Shown here piece by piece: positions 16,519 to 25,029 of a stretch of 33,861 nucleotides of DNA. Positions within the stretch are counted from its first letter, which is position 1, and each line of letters opens with the position of its first letter. The position numbers were made by a program, and so were the translations under genes. The notes beneath the pieces were generated by a model. The model saw nothing but the letters and a program-made list of their open reading frames with translations, was not told the DNA's origin and ran no database searches. The DNA is from a virus. Taxonomy: Duplodnaviria > Caudoviricetes. The stretch lies in IMG/VR virus record IMGVR_UViG_3300025267_000058, positions 1-33,861 of that record, one strand, 5' to 3'.

Positions 16519-16521
16519 AAT

Positions 16522-17382
16522 ATGAAAACAATTGATACATTAGTTGCAGACATCTATAAATTATTTTCCCTTGATCCTATACAAATGGAAGAGAAAGAGG
16601 TGGATGAATATATTGATTCTTTTGGGGAAATGCTGAAGAAACATATTAAAGAATTTTTATATGAACAACCACAGTCCAATGGAAATTTAAGACTGTCAGC
16701 TATTGGTAAACCAGACAGACAACTCTGGTATGGTTCCAAAACTACTAACCAAGAGAGTACCCTTAAACCCAGTACAAGAATTAAGTTTCTCTATGGATAT
16801 ATTCTGGAAGAACTTTTACTTTTGTTGTCCTCAATTTCAGGACATAAGGTAGAGGATCAACAGAAGGAAGTTGAGTTGGAAGGAGTGAAGGGACATCATG
16901 ATGCTATCATAGATGGAGTAGTGGTTGATTGTAAGAGTGCTTCAGGAAGAGGCTTTGAAAAGTTCAGAACAAATAACTTAATAAATGATGACCCCTTTGG
17001 ATATATAGGACAGATCTCTGCCTATGCAGAAGCCAATGGTTTAGATGAAGCCGCCTTCTTAGCTATAGATAAATCAACTGGGGAGATATGTCTTTCTCCC
17101 CTGCATTCAGTGGAGATGATTAATGCACGTTCCAGAATTAAACATCTTAAAGAAATTATATCAAACAATAACGTACCTGATAGATGTTATTCTGCTGTTC
17201 CTGATGGTAAGTCTGGTAATCTTAAGCTCCCTGTTGGTTGTGTGTATTGTAATTATAAAAGAGAATGTTGGGCTGATACTAATCAGGGGAAGGGCTTACG
17301 TGTATTTGAATACGCAAAAGGTAAGAGGTATCTTGTACAAGTACATAAGGAACCTGATGTTATGGAAGTAGCGGATTGGTAA
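16522..17382 (+). CDS. PD-(D/E)XK (Cas4-like) exonuclease
   Basis: LRLSAIGKPDRQLWY, GHHDAIIDGVVVDCKSAS, QISAY, C-terminal C...CVYC....C cluster. Confidence 0.85.
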   Translation: MKTIDTLVADIYKLFSLDPIQMEEKEVDEYIDSFGEMLKKHIKEFLYEQPQSNGNLRLSAIGKPDRQLWYGSKTTNQESTLKPSTRIKFLYGYILEELLLLLSSISGHKVEDQQKEVELEGVKGHHDAIIDGVVVDCKSASGRGFEKFRTNNLINDDPFGYIGQISAYAEANGLDEAAFLAIDKSTGEICLSPLHSVEMINARSRIKHLKEIISNNNVPDRCYSAVPDGKSGNLKLPVGCVYCNYKRECWADTNQGKGLRVFEYAKGKRYLVQVHKEPDVMEVADW

Positions 17383-17774
17383 TGCACTGGACTTATAAAA
17401 CTAAACCAGACCTGACTCAATTTGGATTTGTATATTATATTACCAATCTTAACACAAACAAAGCTTATATAGGATGCAAGCAATACTTTAATTATAAGAA
17501 AGGTAAGAAGAAATCTGAATCCAATTGGAAAATTTATATGGGATCTAGTAAGCATCTGTTGGAAGATATAGAAAAGATTGGTAAAAAGAAATTTAAGTTT
17601 GAAATTATAGCGGAGTTTAAAAACAAAAGAAGCTTGAGATATTATGAGTGCTATTATCAAATGAAGTATAATGTTCTTACTGCAACCCTTGAAGACACTA
17701 CCCTTCCAGCCTACTATAATAATTATGTGGGCGGTAAATTTTATAGGCCAGTTCAAGAACATGTCAGTCTTTAA
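17382..17774 (+). CDS. GIY-YIG-like endonuclease
   Basis: GFVYYITNLNTNKAYIGCKQ, YMGSS, YYNNYVGG; TAATG coupling. Confidence 0.8.
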   Translation: MHWTYKTKPDLTQFGFVYYITNLNTNKAYIGCKQYFNYKKGKKKSESNWKIYMGSSKHLLEDIEKIGKKKFKFEIIAEFKNKRSLRYYECYYQMKYNVLTATLEDTTLPAYYNNYVGGKFYRPVQEHVSL

Positions 17775-18081
17775 AGTATCTACTACTTCTAACCTGTATG
17801 ATTTAAATGAAAAAAATCCATATAAAACTTTATATATTTCAGTTATTCTTCAAGCTCTGGTAGATGTTTCCAAGCCTTACAGAAAGGGAGAACATAAAGA
17901 TATAACAGTTCAAAGAGAGGAAGCACATGCTTGGTTTTTTACTTCAGCTTGTGAAGACTTTGAAGTTATTTGTTATTATGCAGGGATTGCTCCTGCCAAG
18001 ATAAGAGGGTTTGCATATGAAGCAGTTAAATCAGGGGATACAGAAAATGTCAGAAGAAAATTTAGTTCCTTCATCTACTAA
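17761..18081 (+). CDS. hypothetical protein
   Basis: ORF; start moved to ATG 17761 to minimise overlap. Confidence 0.7.
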   Translation: MSVFKVSTTSNLYDLNEKNPYKTLYISVILQALVDVSKPYRKGEHKDITVQREEAHAWFFTSACEDFEVICYYAGIAPAKIRGFAYEAVKSGDTENVRRKFSSFIY

Positions 18082-18361
18082 AATAAATCCACTTGATGTA
18101 CAGGTAGGAGGAGATCACTATAAAGACTGTGTTATACAGCCCACAGTTTATTCTCATTATAATAATTTAAATACATGTGAAGCTAACATTGTAAAATATA
18201 TAACCAGACATAATAAGAAAGGAGAGGGTAAGGAAGACATACTAAAAGTAATACACTATGCACAACTGCTTTTAGAATTAGAGTATCCAGAAGAAGATAA
18301 ACAAGCAGATCTATTTAATGATTTAATAGAGAGGGGAAAACATGTTCAAGTCAAATCGTAA
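18047..18361 (+). CDS. DUF3310 protein (T7 gp1.7-like, putative nucleotide kinase)
   Basis: QVGGDHY, IQP, NIVKYITRH..KGEG.EDILKVIHY. Confidence 0.8.
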   Translation: MSEENLVPSSTKINPLDVQVGGDHYKDCVIQPTVYSHYNNLNTCEANIVKYITRHNKKGEGKEDILKVIHYAQLLLELEYPEEDKQADLFNDLIERGKHVQVKS

Positions 18362-20018
18362 TCCACAATTCAGATCTAAGTTCAGTGAAGATATTTTTTA
18401 TACTAAGTATTCCCATGAGGGAGCAGAGACTTTTCATGAGTTGGCTTGTACACTGGTAGAGGATGTATGTCAAACCTATCTTAGTAAAGATGAGAAGGAA
18501 GCATTGATAGATCATATCTCCAATCTCAGGTTCTTGCCGGGAGGGAGGTATCTCTACTATGCAGGAAGAGACAAGAAGTTTTTTAATAATTGTTATCTTC
18601 TTAAAGCAGAGGAAGATACCAGAGAAGATTGGGCCAACCTGTCTTGGAAGTCTGAGTCCTGTCTGATGACAGGTGGTGGTATTGGCGTAGACTATTCTAC
18701 TTACAGATCTGAAGGACAAACCTTGAAGGGTACAGGTGGTGTAGCTTCTGGCCCAATCCCTAAGATGCAGATGATTAACTCCATAGGTCAGAAGGTTATG
18801 CAGGGAGGTAGTCGTAGGTCTGCTATCTATGCGTCCCTGAACTGGAAGCACGATGATGTTGATAAGTTTCTAACTGCCAAGAACTGGTTTGATATGCCTG
18901 TGGGCAGTACAGGTAAGACTTTGTTTGATATTAAACAGGAAGACTTTAACTTCCCTGCACCTCTGGATATGACCAACATCAGTGTAAACTATGATACCGA
19001 ATGGTTGTTAAACTATTGGGAGAAAGGAGATCTGGGACATGTCTTTAGGACTAATATACATCAGGCTCTTAGAACAGGAGAACCGGGATTCTCGTTCAAC
19101 TTCTTCGAGAAGGAAAACGAAACCCTCCGCAACGCCTGTACCGAAGTTACGAGTGAAGATGATAGTGATGTATGCAATTTGGGTAGTCTCAATTTTGCTC
19201 GTATTGATGACCTTAATCAGTTGCAAGAGGTTGTCCAACTTGCCACAAAGTTTCTACTGTGTGGGACACTCAGAGCTACACTCCCTTACGAGAAAGTGTA
19301 TGAAGTTAGAAATTCAAATAGACGTTTAGGACTTGGCTTGATGGGGCTTCATGAGTGGTTGATACAACGTGGACACAAGTATGAAACCACACCAGAACTG
19401 CATAGATGGTTCAAGGTTTATGAAGCAGAGTCAGATAAGGTAGCCAGAGCTTTTGCTCATACACTTAACATCTCTGTTCCTGTAGCTGTCAGAGCCGTAG
19501 CTCCTACTGGTACAATAGGAATACTGGGAGGTACATCTACTGGGGTAGAACCTATCTTTGCTGTAGCTTATAAGAGAAGGTATCTAAAGAATAAGAGATG
19601 GCACTACCAGTATGTAGTTGATAGTGCTGCACAGGAGATGATTGAGCTTTATGATGTGAAGCCTGAGAGTATTGAGTCTGCCCTTGATCTGGTAACTAAC
19701 TATGAAAGGAGATTAAACTTTCAAGCTAATGTTCAAGAGTATGTAGACATGGCTATCTCTTCTACGATTAATCTACCAGCATGGGATACAGAAGATAACA
19801 ATGAAGGTAAGGTAGAAGACTTTGCTCAAACCTTGGCTAAGTATGCTCACAGACTAAGAGGCTTTACCTGTTATCCTGATGGATGTAGGGGTGGTCAGCC
19901 TTTAACTAAGATCCCCTATAGTGAAGCTATTGAAAAATTAGGTGAGGAGTTTGAGGATAATGTACAGCCTCATGACATCTGTGAGATCACAGGATCAGGT
20001 GGAACCTGTGGAGTTTAA
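18342..20018 (+). CDS. nrdJ: ribonucleotide reductase, probably class II (adenosylcobalamin-dependent)
   Basis: PGGRYL, FNNCY, GGGIG, RNACTE (thiyl Cys), CNLGS, APTGT, C-terminal Cys pair; no beta subunit in the window. Confidence 0.85.
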   Translation: MFKSNRNPQFRSKFSEDIFYTKYSHEGAETFHELACTLVEDVCQTYLSKDEKEALIDHISNLRFLPGGRYLYYAGRDKKFFNNCYLLKAEEDTREDWANLSWKSESCLMTGGGIGVDYSTYRSEGQTLKGTGGVASGPIPKMQMINSIGQKVMQGGSRRSAIYASLNWKHDDVDKFLTAKNWFDMPVGSTGKTLFDIKQEDFNFPAPLDMTNISVNYDTEWLLNYWEKGDLGHVFRTNIHQALRTGEPGFSFNFFEKENETLRNACTEVTSEDDSDVCNLGSLNFARIDDLNQLQEVVQLATKFLLCGTLRATLPYEKVYEVRNSNRRLGLGLMGLHEWLIQRGHKYETTPELHRWFKVYEAESDKVARAFAHTLNISVPVAVRAVAPTGTIGILGGTSTGVEPIFAVAYKRRYLKNKRWHYQYVVDSAAQEMIELYDVKPESIESALDLVTNYERRLNFQANVQEYVDMAISSTINLPAWDTEDNNEGKVEDFAQTLAKYAHRLRGFTCYPDGCRGGQPLTKIPYSEAIEKLGEEFEDNVQPHDICEITGSGGTCGV

Positions 20019-20020
20019 CA

Positions 20021-20449
20021 ATGGCTGAACAACTATCATTATTTGAACTTGTAGATGCCTATGATTTTTCAAAGTCAGAGGGAGAGGGAAAGAAATGTAC
20101 TATGTGTAAAGAATATAAACCACTCACCTCCTTCGGTTTTGCTACAGGTGCACGTAATTATAGACAAGAAAGATGTAGTAAATGCCGTACTAAATTAGTT
20201 TACATAAGTAGAAAACTATTAAAAGAAAATCCATATCCTCCAAAAGATTATCGCTGTCGTATTTGTAATGGCAACGAAAATGAAGTAGCCCCTCGAAGAA
20301 AAAATCAGGGATTGTGGACAGCAGATCATTGTCATAAGACAGATAAATTTAGAGGATGGCTTTGTCATTCATGTAACATAGGGTTGGGAATGTTAAGAGA
20401 TAGTACTGACAATCTTAAAAGAGCTATAACATATCTAGAAAAGACTTGA
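20021..20449 (+). CDS. endonuclease VII-like protein
   Basis: CRIC...ADHCHKTDKFRGWLCHSCNIGLG plus an N-terminal Zn finger. Confidence 0.85.
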   Translation: MAEQLSLFELVDAYDFSKSEGEGKKCTMCKEYKPLTSFGFATGARNYRQERCSKCRTKLVYISRKLLKENPYPPKDYRCRICNGNENEVAPRRKNQGLWTADHCHKTDKFRGWLCHSCNIGLGMLRDSTDNLKRAITYLEKT

Positions 20450-20474
20450 CAAGTATGGAAAAATGTAGTATAAT
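20446..20474 (+). promoter_or_regulatory. sigma70-type promoter for hsp20
   Basis: TTGACA (20446-20451), 17 nt, TATAAT (20469-20474). Confidence 0.9.
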
Positions 20475-20480
20475 ATAACT

Positions 20481-20531
20481 ATGGAATGCTAATGGTAGGT
20501 TCCATAACCTCTTGCTGAAAAGGAGAATGCT
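20481..20531 (+). promoter_or_regulatory. ROSE-like RNA thermometer in the hsp20 5' UTR
   Basis: UCUUGCU-GAAA-AGGAGA hairpin with a bulged G occluding the SD, preceded by a second hairpin (AUGGAA/UUCCAU). Confidence 0.7.
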
Positions 20532-20978
20532 ATGAATGTAAGACTAGAAGGTGATTGGAAGTTCCTTAACACACCCTCTCTACTGAATTTTGAGAGAAGG
20601 GCCATAGGTTATGACAGGTTGTTCAGAAGAATAATGGATATGCCTGAGAATGATAACCAAAGTTATCCACCTCATAACCTGATTAAGGAATCAGACACGG
20701 AGTTCAAGATTGAATTAGCTTTGGCTGGCTTTACAAAGGAAGAAGTTAAAGTGGTTCAGGAAGAACAAAGATTAACCATAAGTGGAAACAACTCTGAGAA
20801 GGAGGGCAACGAAAACATTCTACATAAAGGCATAGCAAGCAGAGCTTTCACAAAGACATTTGATCTTGCAGAGAATATCGAAGTCACAGAAGCATCGTTT
20901 GACAATGGAATGGTTATCATCAAGCTTAGACAAGATATTCCAGAAGATAAAATGCCGAAGCTCATTGAATTTAAATAA
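20532..20978 (+). CDS. hsp20: small heat-shock protein (Hsp20/IbpA-like)
   Basis: SYPPHN, IELALAGF, LHKGIASRAF, ASFDNGM, IPEDKMPKLIE. Confidence 0.95.
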   Translation: MNVRLEGDWKFLNTPSLLNFERRAIGYDRLFRRIMDMPENDNQSYPPHNLIKESDTEFKIELALAGFTKEEVKVVQEEQRLTISGNNSEKEGNENILHKGIASRAFTKTFDLAENIEVTEASFDNGMVIIKLRQDIPEDKMPKLIEFK

Positions 20979-20984
20979 GGAGAT

Positions 20985-21016
20985 GGGAGGGCATTCATTG
21001 AGTGCCTTCCCTTTTT
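20985..21016 (+). terminator. Rho-independent terminator after hsp20
   Basis: GGGAGGGCATTC-ATT-GAGTGCCTTCCC followed by TTTTT. Confidence 0.85.
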
Positions 21017-21030
21017 ATGGAAAAAGATAA

Positions 21031-21150
21031 ATGAAAAAACCTATAAAAGAAACAGGTAAATGGATATTCAAAGGATATATCGTATGGTCTATATGCGCTG
21101 ATCTTTTTCTTCTTTGGGGATTTTTATATTTAGTTTTAAAATACGGATAA
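21031..21150 (+). CDS. small membrane protein (39 aa, MKKPIKETGKWIFKGYIVWSICADLFLLWGFLYLVLKYG)
   Basis: Open frame with a hydrophobic helix; stop overlaps the SD of the next gene. Confidence 0.6.
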   Translation: MKKPIKETGKWIFKGYIVWSICADLFLLWGFLYLVLKYG

Positions 21151-21160
21151 GGAGACTACT

Positions 21161-21931
21161 GTGAGAAAAGATGAAAGAATAAATACAATTTTTATAGGCT
21201 ATGATCCTAAAGAGAAAGCTGCTTGTACTGTATTAAAATATATTATTGAAGAGAACTCACCCAAACCTATTCATGTTAAGTTTCTTAGAAAAGATATTCT
21301 TGAATTGATGGGTATGCATTATAGACCTTATGAGATTGTTAATGGACAGTACATAGATAAGATAGATCAAAGACCTTTCTCTACTGAGTTTAGTTTTAGC
21401 AGGTTTCTGATACCAGCCTTGATGATGTACGAAGGATGGGCTTTATATATGGACTGTGATATGTATCCCAGAACAGACATTAATGAATTGTTTGAGGAAT
21501 ATGATAATGATTTCTTTCCTCTTTATTGTGTAAAGCATAAGTATGAACCCCTTGATCAGTACAAGATGGATGGCAGAGAACAGGTAGCTTATCCTAAAAA
21601 GAATTGGTCTAGTCTGGTACTATGGAATTGTGGACATGAACTTAATCGAAAGCTGACACCACTGGAAGTTAATAATAAATCTGGTTCTTACCTGCATCAG
21701 TTTCAATGGTTGCCTGATAAGGATAGTGCCGTAGGGAGTATGCATGAAGAATGGAACTGGCTTGATGGTCATTCACCAGAAGAAGTAAAACCAAAGAATG
21801 TACACTTCACAACAGGTGGTCCTTGGTTTAAAGAGTGGAGTGTTAAGCGTCCTATTGATGGACAGTATGCAGCCGAATGGAATATAGATTATTCTTACTT
21901 ACTAATGAGGAATAAAGTAGATGCAATATAA
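21161..21931 (+). CDS. GT-A glycosyltransferase, GT8-like, similar to the plant CDI family
   Basis: IFIGYDP, STEFSFSRFLIP, YMDCD (DxD), KMDG..Q..YPKKNWSS, WNWL, HFTTGGPWF; GTG start with AAGGAG. Confidence 0.85.
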   Translation: MRKDERINTIFIGYDPKEKAACTVLKYIIEENSPKPIHVKFLRKDILELMGMHYRPYEIVNGQYIDKIDQRPFSTEFSFSRFLIPALMMYEGWALYMDCDMYPRTDINELFEEYDNDFFPLYCVKHKYEPLDQYKMDGREQVAYPKKNWSSLVLWNCGHELNRKLTPLEVNNKSGSYLHQFQWLPDKDSAVGSMHEEWNWLDGHSPEEVKPKNVHFTTGGPWFKEWSVKRPIDGQYAAEWNIDYSYLLMRNKVDAI

Positions 21932-24302
21932 AATTGTAACTGCCTTTGATGAGGCATTTCTTCAACAGAGTACCAGCACACTTCTCAGTGAGTTCAAAGA
22001 TAACTGGGAAAATAAAATAGAGTTTCATTGTTACTACTACAATCTTGATCTATCAAACTATTCTCTTCCCAAGGCTGCTAATATCCACTATCATAACCTG
22101 ATGGAGGTAGAGGACTATCCTAAATTTATAAAAGAGTTTAGCAGACATAATGGAACTGAAGGTAATACTATTCCTTACAATGAGATACTAGATCCTATCA
22201 AGTTTGTTCCTAAAGTTATAGCTCTGACTGAGTGTGCCTTTGAGAGTAGTGACTGCTGGTTGATCTGGCTTGATCCTAGTGTCATCAATACAAAGAGTGT
22301 ATCTGTTAAGGATATAGAGTCTATCTTTCCAGAGAACTCTGATAAAGTAGATATGATTACTTTAAAGGACTCTGCTTACTTAACTGCCTATAATTTGTGC
22401 AGACAAACTCCAGTAGATTTACTAGGAGATTTAAGAGGAGCTTTTATTTCAGGAGAGTTCTCCAACTACAGGGAATGGCATGATACTTTTATTCTTAATA
22501 GATTAAGAACTATCTATGAGGCTCATGGGATGCAGGTACATGAGATTGATCCTGAACATTCTGTTATCTCTGAGATGATTGTCAGTCTGGAAGATCGAAA
22601 GAACATGGCTGTTAGAGATAAGGATGGTCAACGCATTATTAAATTGTCTGATACTGAAACATCTCCTGACATCCTTCCCAACAGATACAGACAACTGGCA
22701 GACATTATCAGGTTCTATAAGCCTGAATGTATACTGGAAAGCGGAGCATGGAATGGAGGGAGAGCTATTGAGATGGCCCTGTCTGCATTCAAACATAAGG
22801 ATAAGGTTCATTACATTGGCTTTGATTTGTTTGAGGATGGTACTACAGAGACAGACCATGTAGAGTTTAATGTCAAGCCTCATAATACTATACAGGCTGT
22901 AAGAAACAGGCTGGAAGAATTTACAAAGCACATCAAGGATAAGGAAGACAAGACTTTTACTTTTGAATTGTATAAGGGGAATGTCAGAGAAACACTTGAT
23001 CGCTTATTAAGAACTGAGGAAATAAGTGATGTTGACTTTGCTTTGATGGGAAGTGGTAACAGTAAGGAGACTGTTGAAGCAGAATATAAAGTTCTTAAAT
23101 ATGTACCAGTAGTTGTAGCTGATCATTACTTTACTACGGATGATGATGAAGGCATTCCTCCAGAAAAATATCAGGGAGTTAAACATGTATTTGATGATGT
23201 ACCTACAAAGAAAGTGGATGCACAAGAGACAACGGAAGACGGCTGGACTAACTTTGATGAGTCTACGGCAACTAGAAAATACATATTACCTTCGGGTGAT
23301 AAAGTGGTTGGCGGTGGTAATACTCATCTTGTGGTTTTTCTTCATGATTCCTCTCTAGAAGACATCCCCGAAGATCTTAAGAGAGTACCTATCATAGTAC
23401 ATCCCAGAGATTGTGTTCCTAAAGATTACATAAAGAATAATATTAATTCTAACATGACCTTGATTGATCCCAAGAAGTGGCTCACCAAACATCCTGTACA
23501 TAAGGAGAGGGCTGCTGTTATTTCTGCTGGTCCTTATCTGGATTACAAAAAGGTAAAAGAATTTACCATAGAAAATCCTGATGTAAAAATAGTGACGGTA
23601 AAACATGCTTATCCAAAGTTACTTGAACATGACATACACCCTTGGGGTTGTATCATTCTTGATCCCAGACCTATTACTGGTGTATCCACACATAACATTG
23701 TTCGCAAAGATTTATTTAAGAAAGTAGATCCTGATACTAAATTCTTTGTAGCCTCTATGACTGATCCTTCTGTAACAAATCATCTCATAGAAAACAAAGG
23801 ACAGATCTGGGGATGGCACGCATTTACTGACTCACTTAGAAATGATACAGAGAAGGGACATCAGATACAGAACAGACAGGTAAAGCTGTCACAGGATCTG
23901 GGCATACCTGAAGGATCTACTCTGATTACTGGTGGTACATGTGCTGCCATGAGAGGTATAGGTATGCTGCATACAATGGGCTTCAGAGACATACATCTGT
24001 TTGGTTTTGAATGTTGTCGGGATGAGCCTACCAATGAAGAGAAGACTGAAACTACAGGTGATGTAGATGGTGGAGAAACTCCCAAGCCTAAGTACATACA
24101 GGTTAATGTCAAGGAGAAAACTTACTGGACTACTGGTGAGCTACTGGCAATGGCACAGGATTGTGAGAAGGTCTTCTCAGATGAAGGATTGGAAGGAGTT
24201 CTTACCTTTCATGGTGAAGGTACAATGATAGCAGATCTCTGGGATATTGCTCTGGAAAAAGAAAACAGACCTGCATTTGAGGAGTACTACAATGCCAAGT
24301 GA
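21921..24302 (+). CDS. 793-aa multidomain protein: GT-like + class I SAM methyltransferase-like + Maf/DUF115 (MptE-like)
   Basis: N-terminal KFVPKV...WLIWLD...REWHDTF; middle LESGAWNG, YIGFDLFE, LYKGNVRETL; C-terminal ISAGPYL, ILDPR, FFVASM, GGTCAAMRG..GFRDIHLFGF. Confidence 0.7.
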   Translation: MQYKIVTAFDEAFLQQSTSTLLSEFKDNWENKIEFHCYYYNLDLSNYSLPKAANIHYHNLMEVEDYPKFIKEFSRHNGTEGNTIPYNEILDPIKFVPKVIALTECAFESSDCWLIWLDPSVINTKSVSVKDIESIFPENSDKVDMITLKDSAYLTAYNLCRQTPVDLLGDLRGAFISGEFSNYREWHDTFILNRLRTIYEAHGMQVHEIDPEHSVISEMIVSLEDRKNMAVRDKDGQRIIKLSDTETSPDILPNRYRQLADIIRFYKPECILESGAWNGGRAIEMALSAFKHKDKVHYIGFDLFEDGTTETDHVEFNVKPHNTIQAVRNRLEEFTKHIKDKEDKTFTFELYKGNVRETLDRLLRTEEISDVDFALMGSGNSKETVEAEYKVLKYVPVVVADHYFTTDDDEGIPPEKYQGVKHVFDDVPTKKVDAQETTEDGWTNFDESTATRKYILPSGDKVVGGGNTHLVVFLHDSSLEDIPEDLKRVPIIVHPRDCVPKDYIKNNINSNMTLIDPKKWLTKHPVHKERAAVISAGPYLDYKKVKEFTIENPDVKIVTVKHAYPKLLEHDIHPWGCIILDPRPITGVSTHNIVRKDLFKKVDPDTKFFVASMTDPSVTNHLIENKGQIWGWHAFTDSLRNDTEKGHQIQNRQVKLSQDLGIPEGSTLITGGTCAAMRGIGMLHTMGFRDIHLFGFECCRDEPTNEEKTETTGDVDGGETPKPKYIQVNVKEKTYWTTGELLAMAQDCEKVFSDEGLEGVLTFHGEGTMIADLWDIALEKENRPAFEEYYNAK

Positions 24303-25029
24303 TATTGAAGTTATAGGTCAAACAGTTTCTCGCAAGCCTATAGTTTTTGATCCAAAACTTAGCAGGGATAATCCTTCCAAGAGATATAGAGCTTACCTAA
24401 AAGAATATAAAGCCATGCATGATTCTGGGTATGGTATCTTTAATGGAAGAAGTCTTGTAAAGTATGTACATTATATTAAAAATTTTCTGGAAGGTAATGC
24501 CTGTAAAACCTTACTGGATTATGGGTGTGGGAAGGGACATCTTTATATGCAGGAACATTATGAAAGTGTAACAGATGTAATAAAGGAACCCCTCCCTTAT
24601 TTCTGGAATCTGGATTCATACCATCTTTATGATCCCGGCTATGAAGATTTTAAGATCTTACCTACAGAAAAGTATGATGCAGTTATATGTACTGATGTTA
24701 TGGAACATATACCAGAAGAAGATCTGGGATGGGTTCTTAAAGAAATATTTTCTTACGCCAAGAAGATGGTCTTTGTAAATGTGGCTTGCTTTGAAGCTCT
24801 GAAAAAATTCAAAGACGGTACGAATGTTCATGTCTCAGTATTCCATCATCAGGATTGGTTACAATTCTTGGCACATGAAAGTCGCAACCATAAAGATCTT
24901 ATTATCTATCCTTTCTTTGACGGCTTCTTTGAAGATGATATTGATACTGTTCTAACACAAGGATATCAGATAGATAGTTACCCCAGAATAATACAATTTC
25001 AAAAGGAGGAGGCAGAGTATCGAGGATGA
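24292..25029 (+). CDS. class I SAM-dependent methyltransferase
   Basis: LLDYGCGKG, YDP, YDAVICTDVMEHIPEED; start moved to ATG 24292 after GAGGAG. Confidence 0.88.
   Translation: MPSDIEVIGQTVSRKPIVFDPKLSRDNPSKRYRAYLKEYKAMHDSGYGIFNGRSLVKYVHYIKNFLEGNACKTLLDYGCGKGHLYMQEHYESVTDVIKEPLPYFWNLDSYHLYDPGYEDFKILPTEKYDAVICTDVMEHIPEEDLGWVLKEIFSYAKKMVFVNVACFEALKKFKDGTNVHVSVFHHQDWLQFLAHESRNHKDLIIYPFFDGFFEDDIDTVLTQGYQIDSYPRIIQFQKEEAEYRG

Noticed and set aside
16474-16521. In-frame TTG upstream of the exonuclease with an intervening TAG (possible readthrough or recoding)
   Set aside because: The SD is only 2 nt from the TTG, the segment is a terminator hairpin, and TAG acts as a normal stop elsewhere (2367, 6861, 9312, 15910)
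16522-17382. Cas4-like gene as a sign of a CRISPR system
   Set aside because: No repeat-spacer array or other cas genes were seen; stand-alone Cas4-like exonucleases are common in phage replication modules
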